DNA of 47,777 nucleotides from Calothrix sp. MO_167.B42 (GTDB lineage Bacteria; Cyanobacteriota; Cyanobacteriia; Cyanobacteriales; Nostocaceae): NCBI GenBank assembly GCA_030065255.1, contig JASJCX010000017.1, positions 1 to 47,777 of the forward strand, read 5' to 3'. Shown piece by piece: positions 40,651 to 47,777 of this stretch (position 1 is its first letter; each line of letters starts with the position of its first letter). The notes under the pieces were generated by a model. It saw only the letters and a program-made list of their open reading frames with translations, ran no database searches and was not told where the DNA came from. The position numbers and the translations under genes were made by a program.

Positions 40651-41901
40651 CTAGTATTGACTAACTAGAAGCAATTTTTGTGTTTTTTTTGGATGAATAT
40701 AACTGAGTTTTGATTCACTTTCTTTGAAAAATAAAAGTCTGTTAATATAATGGGTAATACGGGGTAGTGCATTCATATCCAGTTTAATTTTAGGAGCAAG
40801 TTCGTCTGTTGTAGATAGTAGATTTAAGAGAGAATCCATGAGTAATTCCGGAGTCAAATTATCTGGATGAACTACTGGGAATAATCCCAATCTATTCATT
40901 CTCCCTGACCGCAATAATTGTTCTTGGGATGGCTGAACTCGCGGTACAATCAATGCGGGTTTTGCCGCCGATAAAATTTCACAAACGGTATTATATCCAG
41001 CCATAGAAATGATAGTATCTGATGCAGTGATGTAACTCATTAAGTCATCAGTAAAGTCCCTTATTTGTACTTGGGAGTATTTTTCCGCCTTCTGGAACAG
41101 TGCTTGTTTTTCAGGAGTTGACATTTCTGGGCCGCAAAAAATCAAACTTGTTACCTGATGTTCTTGTGGTAAAAAAGCTAAAGCATCTAGATAAGTATTC
41201 AGCAAATGATAACCATCTTGTCCACCACCTGGAGTTACCAAAACCAATTTTTCCCCTGGAGATAGCTGTAATTCTTGATGAATTTCATTAATATTTTTAG
41301 TTTTTGATTGGCGATGAATATAACCGCAATAGCGTATTTTATCAGCTATATCAGCAGAAAATTGATATTTTTTGCAAAAGTCGAAAACTTCTGGCATCCC
41401 GACAACTAGCAGCTGATCGTAAAACTTTTCTATTGCCTGATAATAGTAGCGATCGCGCCATTGTGCAATGGTTTTTTTCGGAGTATCGAGGATATCTCGT
41501 AATAATAGCACCAGTTTGGTTTGTGGCAAATTATGCTGAATATAATTGAGGGATTGTTTTAACTCATCTTGCAAACCATAGGGCTTTTTATCTACCATCA
41601 CCAAATCTGGCTTATAATTAGCGATCGCAGATAAAATTAAATCTGATCTGAGTTTGACAGTTTCATCGATATCTGTACCCAAATACTTGACTGCAACTTT
41701 ACCTGTTTCTCCTCGGTTGAGACAAGGTAATTTGATATAGTCCAGTCCTATGGGTAATCGAAATCCTTGTAACATGGGCGAACCAGACACCAATAAAATG
41801 GAAAGGTTTTCTATTTCATCGAGTAGGTGTTCGCATATCCCTAACATTCTGCGGATATTTCCTAAACCATATGCATCGTGGGAATAAACCAGCAGTTTCA
41901 T
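40651..41901 (-). CDS. GT28-C/MurG-like predicted glycosyltransferase (COG4671-like), paralogue B
   Basis: MKLLVYSHDAYGLGNIRRMLGICEHL, VTPGGGQDG and ISMAGYNTVCEILSAAKPALIVPR. The ATG at 41901 is preferred over the TTG at 41916. Confidence 0.7.
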   Translation of the reverse strand: MKLLVYSHDAYGLGNIRRMLGICEHLLDEIENLSILLVSGSPMLQGFRLPIGLDYIKLPCLNRGETGKVAVKYLGTDIDETVKLRSDLILSAIANYKPDLVMVDKKPYGLQDELKQSLNYIQHNLPQTKLVLLLRDILDTPKKTIAQWRDRYYYQAIEKFYDQLLVVGMPEVFDFCKKYQFSADIADKIRYCGYIHRQSKTKNINEIHQELQLSPGEKLVLVTPGGGQDGYHLLNTYLDALAFLPQEHQVTSLIFCGPEMSTPEKQALFQKAEKYSQVQIRDFTDDLMSYITASDTIISMAGYNTVCEILSAAKPALIVPRVQPSQEQLLRSGRMNRLGLFPVVHPDNLTPELLMDSLLNLLSTTDELAPKIKLDMNALPRITHYINRLLFFKESESKLSYIHPKKTQKLLLVSQY

Positions 41902-42464
41902 GATTTTTACTCTCAATTTTTATGGTGTGAATGCAGCATCATACATCTATAAAATAATGGTTCAAAAATAAGTGACTTTTCCGACTGCATTAATCTAACT
42001 TTGGTTATTATTGTATACGCAAATAAAATCCTGTCTAATCTCCCCTAGACTTGCTCATGTGACGTAAATACCCATGAAGGAACCCCATTACAAAATTACT
42101 GGTGTGAGAAAAAAGCAAACAAATTTTGTTTTTTCTATGGATATAATCACTATTTTGTATGAACCCTGTATGAAATCTTCATGAGAGAATTCTCACGATT
42201 AAAATTATCTATATATAGTATCTTTGTATACAAAGCTTTTTTCGCTTTGTGCAAATTTTTACACTCATATTATTTGGGATTTTAGATTAATGGCTGAGAA
42301 TTTCCGCCGCACATATATATATGGATGGGAGTTCCCTGCGTGTCTCCCATAGTTTTGCTCAATCCATCTGTTCCAGATTTAAATAAAATTCAGTTTTAAA
42401 AAAGTAGTTATTTTTGGGAATTTTTGAGGGTTCATTTACCATCCTTCAACCATAATTATTTTCC

Positions 42465-44204
42465 ATGTCAACTATTTTTTGGAAGACTTTACCTATTAGT
42501 TTACAAATTTTTTCATTCACGTTTTTCATACAACAAAAAGTTCATGCCCAGGAAAAAAAGAGTGATTTTTCAGTCCTGAATCAAGCTACTACTAGAGATA
42601 AATATCCTCCTCGCATGGATGTAAATATCTCTCCTCCTCAATTTTCCCAAGCCTTCCCACCATCACCAACTACCAAAAAGACAGAAATTAAAGAACACAA
42701 AACAGAAAATCACCCCTTTGCAAGCAGTTTACACCCTTCTCAAACTCTTTCCCAAATAGAGGCATCGATGATGGGAGAACTAACAAGTGTTGCAGAATTA
42801 TCTGATATTCAACCCCAAGATTGGGCATTACAATTTCTCCAATCTTTACAACAGCGTTATAAAAATATTCAGGGATATACTGGTGAAAATTTGCAGAAAA
42901 ATCGCCCGATTAATCGCTACGAATTTGCCGTCTTATTGAATGCCGCACTATTGCGAATCAATGAATTACAGAATACTCAAGTTGGGATTTTACCGACACA
43001 AAAAGAATTAGAAACTTTACAAAGATTACAAAAAGAATTTGCCAAAGAATTAGCTACCATTCGCAAAAAAATAGATAAATCAGAGGAAGCAATTAGCCAA
43101 AGATTTTCTACAACGACTAAATTATCAGGAAGAGCACAATTTGTTACCACTGCTGTAGGTAGAGGCAACAAAGCTGATAATAGTGGAGAAGCCACGGATA
43201 GTAATATTACTTTTAGCAATAGTATCAGATTAAATTTTGATACCAGCTTTAATGGTAAAGACAGACTGAGAATCGGTTTGAGAAGTCGTAACATCCCCTC
43301 CACAGCACAAGCCACTGGAACAGATATGGCGCGTTTAAGCACTCGGGGTGATAGTGACAACAATTTAGAAGTAAGTAAGATCGAATATCGCTTCCCTGTC
43401 GGCGAAAAATCCCGAGTTTCTATTGCTACCAAAGGTGCTGGTTTTACAAACGTGGCTGACACCCTCAATCCATTTGTGGATAACAGTACCAAGGGTGCAA
43501 TTTCTCGTTTTGGACGGCGCAACCCTATATATCGCCAAGGAGGAGGGGCGGGAATTGGGATTGAATATGAATTGAGCAATCAACTCAATTTCGGCATTGC
43601 TTATAATACTTCGGATGCAGATAAACCAGACACTGGGTTAAGTAATTCAGATTACGGAATAATTGCTCAGTTGACTTTTATACCCAGTAGTCGAGGAAAA
43701 ATCAGTTTCACTTACGTACATTCCCATAACAGTATTAATACCAGAACAGGTAGCGCAGGTGCTAATGATCCCTTTAATGATGCCAGTGAAGCAATTAGTG
43801 CCAACTCTCTGGGGTTGCAGGGAACATTTTCTGTGAGCAGTAATCTCACTTTGTCTGGTTGGCTGGGATATACCAGGGCTACAGCTAAAGATTTACCTAA
43901 TAACCCGACTGCAACTATTTTTAATTGGGCTGTTACCCTAGCATTAACCAATTTGGGTAGGGAAGGAAGTGTAGCTGGTATTGTCATTGGTCAACCACCC
44001 AAATTAATAGATAATGAATATCAGGTTGCCAAGGAAACAAGTACAGACAAAGATACGTCTCTACACTTAGAAGCTTTCTACACTTTCCCAATTAATGATT
44101 CCATTTCTATTACCCCCGGCATATTGATAATTACCAATCCGGAGCATAACAGTAGTAATGATACCGTTTACGTCGGTACCCTGCGGACAACTTTTAACTT
44201 TTAA
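42465..44204 (+). CDS. Outer-membrane porin with an N-terminal SLH domain and a C-terminal OprB-type beta-barrel
   Basis: Signal peptide ending VHAQE. SLH segment DIQPQDWALQFLQSLQQRY...NRPINRYEFAVLLNAAL. A coiled-coil linker, alternating beta-strand patterns and a terminal aromatic residue (TTFNF). Confidence 0.85.
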   Translation: MSTIFWKTLPISLQIFSFTFFIQQKVHAQEKKSDFSVLNQATTRDKYPPRMDVNISPPQFSQAFPPSPTTKKTEIKEHKTENHPFASSLHPSQTLSQIEASMMGELTSVAELSDIQPQDWALQFLQSLQQRYKNIQGYTGENLQKNRPINRYEFAVLLNAALLRINELQNTQVGILPTQKELETLQRLQKEFAKELATIRKKIDKSEEAISQRFSTTTKLSGRAQFVTTAVGRGNKADNSGEATDSNITFSNSIRLNFDTSFNGKDRLRIGLRSRNIPSTAQATGTDMARLSTRGDSDNNLEVSKIEYRFPVGEKSRVSIATKGAGFTNVADTLNPFVDNSTKGAISRFGRRNPIYRQGGGAGIGIEYELSNQLNFGIAYNTSDADKPDTGLSNSDYGIIAQLTFIPSSRGKISFTYVHSHNSINTRTGSAGANDPFNDASEAISANSLGLQGTFSVSSNLTLSGWLGYTRATAKDLPNNPTATIFNWAVTLALTNLGREGSVAGIVIGQPPKLIDNEYQVAKETSTDKDTSLHLEAFYTFPINDSISITPGILIITNPEHNSSNDTVYVGTLRTTFNF

Positions 44205-44562
44205 CCGCGCCTAAATGAGCATTTATTCTTTCTAATAGCTCTTTAAATCGAAAGGGCTTAGTCATATAGTCATTGGCTCCAGATGCCATAGCCACTGTTC
44301 TATCCTTATCATCTGTACGAGCAGTAACCACAATAATCGGAAAAGTTTTTCCTTGACTTCGCAATTCTTTGAGAACTGTCAAGCCATCTTTCACAGGTAG
44401 ACCTAAATCTAACAATAGCAAGTCAACTTTACTACTTGCAACTTGATTGATTGCAAGATTGCCATCTTCAGCTATTTGAGTTTCAAAGCCATGTTTGCGT
44501 AGCCCTTTGTCTACAAAGGCAGCAAGCCTTGCTTCATCTTCAACGATTAAAATTTGTTTCAT
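44194..44562 (-). CDS. Single-domain response regulator (receiver only)
   Basis: ILIVEDE, DLLLLDLGLPVKDG, the TARTD region and YMTKPF. It is 122 aa with no output domain. Its stop overlaps the porin stop by 11 nt in convergent orientation. Confidence 0.85.
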   Translation of the reverse strand: MKQILIVEDEARLAAFVDKGLRKHGFETQIAEDGNLAINQVASSKVDLLLLDLGLPVKDGLTVLKELRSQGKTFPIIVVTARTDDKDRTVAMASGANDYMTKPFRFKELLERINAHLGAVKS

Positions 44563-45026
44563 GTTATGTGCGTCTGCCCAATAAATTTAAGTCTTCTGTG
44601 CAAAATTGCAACTAAATTCAAGCCAGTCTATGGTGATAAACGCAGTTTTCATTTTTATAACAGAACTTGAGAACTTCTGCCTTGCATTGCCATGATATAT
44701 GAGAATAATTGTCAAGAAACTCTAAATTTTAACGTGGGCAAGGTTTTAGATATTAAATTATTCTCTAGCAAGTTATAGGAAGAATACGTTTTCTATAAGC
44801 CAAGTTACTTTGTATTTATTATGAAAAGTATATTATCTTACTTTTAGCCTTTAAAGGTAGATACTCAATATGTATTACTTATGATTACTATAGGCAAAGA
44901 CTGTTGATATGTCTGTACATTATGTTTTGGCATATTTATGTGGTGAGAAACAACTATATTTACTCTAGCAAGAGTTTTATAGAAATAAAATGAGAATTTT
45001 TTCATCTGTCTTCCCTCCCGGAGACT

Positions 45027-45054
45027 CCCGCTATATTGGTACTCCAATTAGCGG
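45027..45054. repeat. Subterminal hairpin, copy 1 (cccgctatattggtactccaattagcgg)
   Basis: Stem ccgcta.attgg / ccaattagcgg with loop tactc. It is flanked by ccctccc ... gggaggg, which could form an outer stem. One mismatch to copy 2. Confidence 0.85.
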
Positions 45055-45077
45055 CGAGAGGAAGGGAGGGGCAAGGT

Positions 45078-46361
45078 TTACGCTGCATACGAGTAACCAT
45101 CCTTTTTGTGAATAGGTGTACAATATTTGTGACTTATTCCTTGAATTAGTCCATTTTTAGTTGAAATATTGAAACTGCCAGTAGTTCTAACGGCAACACG
45201 TCCAGCGTATTCCCCTACTTTTTTACCAGTGGTGACAATCGCTTTGACGATATCTCCAGTTTGAAAGCCTTTTACAAACTTGAATATAGGAACATAGCGA
45301 GACGGGAAGCCATATTTATCTGTGCGGCACATTTGGCGTGTGCCATGACCGTTTGCTGTAATTAACAATGGCTTAACTCCTTTAATGTTTAAAATTGGCG
45401 TTGATTTGCCAATACAAGCAGCATCAATCCAATGTTGTTTCTCTAGATTTTGCCGATTACGGTTAAACTTTGTTAAACCACCAGAACCAGTTTCTACAGG
45501 CAAACAAGTTGCCTTTAAAGCATCTAGTAATGCAAATCTAGTAGTATTTACTGCTGCTGCATCTGCCAATGGTCTTTTTGCTTGTTTCAAAATGTTCTCT
45601 AATTTAGAAGAGTCTTTTTTAAGAAAATCTTTAATATCCTTGGTTCCTTTTTTAGTGTTGCATTTGCAGCAACTTAAGGTGAGATTTGTAATCGAATTGG
45701 AGCCTCCTTTAGCTCTTGGGTGAATGTGTTCTACTTGTAGAGGAACGTCTTTTATTCCACAATAAGCACACTGTCTGCCCCATTTTTCAAGTAAATATTC
45801 TCTAGTCTCGTAACCCGCAAGCGTGCCCTGCTGATATTCTTTACCGAGTATGTTAGGATTACGCATTAATTGCATATCAAAGCGTATTAATTCTTGGCTA
45901 ATCGCTTTAATTGGTGCAAGCTTCCGCAATCTTTCCACCCAAGTCTTAATATTATCAACCCGACTTTGCAAGCTTGGAGCTAACCATCCCTGTGGGCGAG
46001 TTCTATTGAGAAATCGAGGCTTGCGATATCTAGTTTTGCGATTTCTTCTACTACGTCTTAGCTGCCTTCTGGAAGTCAAAGCATCTCGAATTGCAAAACC
46101 TCTATGTTTTAACTCAGCAGCGAATACAACCTCACCAGTAGAATCGTTGACTAACGCCATCCCTGTACATTTTGCACCAGGGTCTATTTTTAATCTCAAA
46201 GGTGATACGGGAGATTCTGGACGTATTTCTTTGAGTATTAAAGTGAAAGGAAAACGTCTGAAAACTGCTGCTTTTTTGTTTCGTAATAACTGCCGAGCTT
46301 GTGCTGGATGAATTGGGGTAGCTGGTCTTTTTTGTGAATCAATTACAAATACTTTGGACAT
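45078..46361 (-). CDS. iscB: IscB RNA-guided nuclease (OMEGA system; PLMP, split RuvC, bridge helix, HNH and TAM-interaction region)
   Basis: PLMP-like N-terminus VFVIDSQKRPATPIHPAQARQLLRNKKA. RuvC-I LKIDPGAKCTGMALV. Arg-rich bridge RRQLRRSRRNRKTRYRKPRF. RuvC-II ISQELIRFD. HNH CAYCG...LQVEHIHPRAKGGSNSITNLTLSCCKCNTKKG. RuvC-III HWIDAACIG. The start is the ATG at 46361, preceded by AAGGAGGG at 46367..46374. The track start at 46397 is less likely. Confidence 0.9.
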   Translation of the reverse strand: MSKVFVIDSQKRPATPIHPAQARQLLRNKKAAVFRRFPFTLILKEIRPESPVSPLRLKIDPGAKCTGMALVNDSTGEVVFAAELKHRGFAIRDALTSRRQLRRSRRNRKTRYRKPRFLNRTRPQGWLAPSLQSRVDNIKTWVERLRKLAPIKAISQELIRFDMQLMRNPNILGKEYQQGTLAGYETREYLLEKWGRQCAYCGIKDVPLQVEHIHPRAKGGSNSITNLTLSCCKCNTKKGTKDIKDFLKKDSSKLENILKQAKRPLADAAAVNTTRFALLDALKATCLPVETGSGGLTKFNRNRQNLEKQHWIDAACIGKSTPILNIKGVKPLLITANGHGTRQMCRTDKYGFPSRYVPIFKFVKGFQTGDIVKAIVTTGKKVGEYAGRVAVRTTGSFNISTKNGLIQGISHKYCTPIHKKDGYSYAA

Positions 46362-46600
46362 AAAGTCCCTCCTTTCGGGTAATGTTAGCTTCGTCAATAT
46401 TTCTAAAGCTTGTTAGACCTAACACACTGCCTCCCAAATGGCTGTTTAATGCTAGATGACATGGCTACAAACTAGCTACGCATTCGTAGGTGTCGTGACT
46501 AAAGAAACGTAGTACTCAAGGTACTTAGACTGGTCAACTAGGGCTTTTCAAGCCCCCGCTACATTGGTACTCCAATTAGCGGTGGGTTGTTGACTTACGC
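46362..46600 (-). ncRNA. Putative omega-RNA (IscB guide RNA) scaffold, with a guide expected at its 5' end (high-coordinate end)
   Basis: About 230 nt of non-coding sequence lie directly upstream of iscB, which is where IscB omega-RNAs are encoded. Stem-loops seen on the minus strand are ccgctaattggagtaccaatgtagcgg, then gggcttgaaaagccc, with further self-complementary stretches. The ends are not defined. Confidence 0.5.
46555..46582. repeat. Subterminal hairpin, copy 2 (cccgctacattggtactccaattagcgg)
   Basis: Matches 45027..45054 with one mismatch. It contains the stop codon (46576..46578) of the response regulator ORF. Confidence 0.85.
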
Positions 46601-47283
46601 AGACGATATCCCATACCTCTGACAGTTTCAATCAATTTGCTACCAATTTTTTTACGTAAGTAACCAACATAAACATCCACAATATTAGAGCCAGGATCGT
46701 AATCATAGCCCCAAACTCTATCTAATAGTTGTTCTCGGCTCAAAACTTGGCCTGGGTGACGGAAAAAAGTTTCTGCCAAAGTAAATTCACGGCCAGGTAA
46801 ATCAATGGTACGTACACTGGAGGGGTTGCCGAAGGCATCGCCAATTTTCACTGTGCGGGTACGTAAATCCAACACTACGTTACCAGCTTTGAGGATCATT
46901 TCCTCTTGGGTAGTAACTCTATTTGGGTTTCGTAGTCTCAGCTTAATCCGGGCTAAAAGTTCTTCAAAACGAAAGGGTTTGGTCATGTAATCGTCCGCAC
47001 CACCTTCTAGTCCTGCTAATTTATCATTAATATCATCCCGGGCAGTGAGGATAATCACAGGTACATTTTCTCCCTGTCCCCGGATTTCCGTCAAAACTTC
47101 TAAGCCATCTTTACCAGGTAGTCCCAAATCAAGAATTAACAGGTCAAAACCGTTACCCACAGCAAGGCTTAATGTCTCCTGGGCATCTACAGCAATTGTA
47201 GGAATAAATCCATTTGCTTTGAGTCCCTTAGCAACAAAGGAGGCTATGCGCGGTTCATCTTCTGCAATTAAAATCTGGGTCAT
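46576..47283 (-). CDS. OmpR-family response regulator (receiver plus winged-helix DNA-binding domain) with its 3' end inside the IscB element
   Basis: ILIAEDE, DLLILDLGLPGKDG, LTARDD, YMTKPF, then REFTLAETF ... VDVYVGYLRKKIG ... VRGMGYRL. The last codons (STTHR-stop) lie in or next to the element hairpin. Confidence 0.9.
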   Translation of the reverse strand: MTQILIAEDEPRIASFVAKGLKANGFIPTIAVDAQETLSLAVGNGFDLLILDLGLPGKDGLEVLTEIRGQGENVPVIILTARDDINDKLAGLEGGADDYMTKPFRFEELLARIKLRLRNPNRVTTQEEMILKAGNVVLDLRTRTVKIGDAFGNPSSVRTIDLPGREFTLAETFFRHPGQVLSREQLLDRVWGYDYDPGSNIVDVYVGYLRKKIGSKLIETVRGMGYRLRKSTTHR

Positions 47284-47360
47284 TGGATTTTGGATTATCT
47301 GTTATCCGTTGTCTATTATCCGTTGTCTATTTTGAAAAACAGATTATCTGTTTTGTCAAC
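47284..47360 (-). repeat. GGATAACAGATAATCC-(AAAATCC) repeat directly upstream of the response regulator start
   Basis: The minus strand reads ...caaaatagacaacggataatagacaacggataacagataatccaaaatccaa followed by ATG. Confidence 0.85.
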
Positions 47361-47417
47361 AACTTTTTATACCTATGATTATCCCAAAAGTAACTTAATA
47401 CGATTTTATACAAAAAA

Positions 47418-47777
47418 TTACTCACTTAAATGATTGGGTTCCCAAGGTAAGAATATAGTAAATATAGAACCTTGACCTAATTCACTTTGGAGCTTAACAC
47501 CACCGCGATGGGCTTCAGCAATTGCCTTGACAATTGATAATCCCAAACCAGCACCTTCGGAACGACGACGACTATTAGTTGCGCGGGCGAAACGTTCAAA
47601 AATTTTTGTGCGATCGCTTTGTGCAATACCCTCCCCTGTATCTCTGACCCAAAAACAAACTAAATTTCCATCTACCGAGCTACCAATGGCAATTGTATCT
47701 TCAGGTTGGGTATGCTGGGTTGCATTTTGTGCCAAATTCATCACAGCTTGGGTTAGCCGTTGACGATCTACCACCAT
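47418..47777 (-). CDS. Sensor histidine kinase, C-terminal HATPase_c part only (runs off the window)
   Basis: N box LAQNATQHT, G1 RDTGEGI and G2 GAGLGLSIVKAIAEAHRG. It lies upstream of, and on the same strand as, the OmpR-type regulator. Confidence 0.85.
   Translation of the reverse strand: MVVDRQRLTQAVMNLAQNATQHTQPEDTIAIGSSVDGNLVCFWVRDTGEGIAQSDRTKIFERFARATNSRRRSEGAGLGLSIVKAIAEAHRGGVKLQSELGQGSIFTIFLPWEPNHLSE

Larger units (their letters stand above)
45010..46595 (-). mobile_element. IS200/IS605-type non-autonomous element carrying iscB (no tnpA); boundaries approximate
   Basis: Nearly identical 28-nt hairpins in direct orientation at 45027..45054 and 46555..46582 bracket iscB and its upstream non-coding region. 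No Y1 transposase gene is present in the window. Confidence 0.6.

Noticed and set aside
42218-42231. GTA-N8-TAC (NtcA-type) site inside the palindrome TTTGTATACAAA upstream of the porin gene
   Set aside because: The nearest TAN3T -10 candidate (tacact at 42260) lies 28 nt downstream rather than about 22 nt. A single match in AT-rich DNA is expected by chance.
42977-43579. 200-aa minus-strand ORF inside the porin gene
   Set aside because: It is antisense to a porin CDS that has a signal peptide, an SLH domain and a beta-barrel pattern. It is low complexity and Leu/Ser-rich.
44865-45047. 60-aa minus-strand ORF downstream of iscB
   Set aside because: It starts inside the element end hairpin and runs through AT-rich intergenic DNA. 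It has no RBS and no similarity to anything I recognise.
45385-46311. + strand ORFs of 112 aa and 153 aa inside iscB
   Set aside because: They are antisense to iscB, whose motifs are unambiguous. Neither has any domain resemblance.
45010-46600. Search for a tnpA (Y1 HUH transposase) or tnpB partner within or beside the IscB element
   Set aside because: No ORF with HUH or catalytic-Tyr motifs and no RuvC-only TnpB-like ORF is present. The element is treated as non-autonomous.
5461-47360. Numerous short tandem repeats considered as possible CRISPR arrays, given the nearby Cas9-ancestor IscB
   Set aside because: All have 6- or 7-nt periods with no spacers and no 25..40-nt repeat unit. IscB systems use an omega-RNA, not an array.

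Overview
The window looks like filamentous-cyanobacterial DNA, probably Nostocales-like. The evidence is about 40% GC by eye, many HIP1 octamers (GCGATCGC, e.g. near 836, 9711, 13022, 17362, 23183, 41450, 47612) and abundant 7-nt tandem repeats. Positions 1 to about 41.9 kb hold a large nonribosomal peptide gene cluster. On the + strand are three NRPS genes totalling six modules (C-A-T; C-A-T-E-C-A-T-E; C-A-T-C-A-T-E-C-A-T). An SbnA/SbnB-type gene pair for L-2,3-diaminopropionate sits between the first two NRPS genes. Downstream are a nucleotide-sugar epimerase, a GT1 glycosyltransferase, an MFS exporter and a hexapeptide acetyltransferase. A convergent minus-strand operon encodes two GT28-like glycosyltransferases, an ABC exporter, a histidine phosphatase, two tandem GT4 paralogues and a GT2. 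Pocket residues read by eye predict X, D-Thr, D-Tyr, Thr (probably dehydrated to Dhb), D-Gln-like, Gly. From memory this matches the core of the hassallidin/balticidin glycolipopeptides. The difference is a non-Thr, acidic-pocket module next to the diaminopropionate genes. The line has no loading module and no thioesterase in the window. The NRPS genes carry several dispersed or tandem repeat elements inserted in frame. The window opens with a perfect 117-bp inverted copy of sequence 198..314, so the first NRPS gene has no credible 5' end. The right-hand 6 kb holds an SLH/OprB porin, a receiver-only response regulator and a tnpA-less IscB element of about 1.6 kb. That element has a putative upstream omega-RNA and matching end hairpins. 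It abuts the 3' end of an OmpR-type response regulator, which is followed by a partial histidine kinase. No rRNA, tRNA or CRISPR array was seen.
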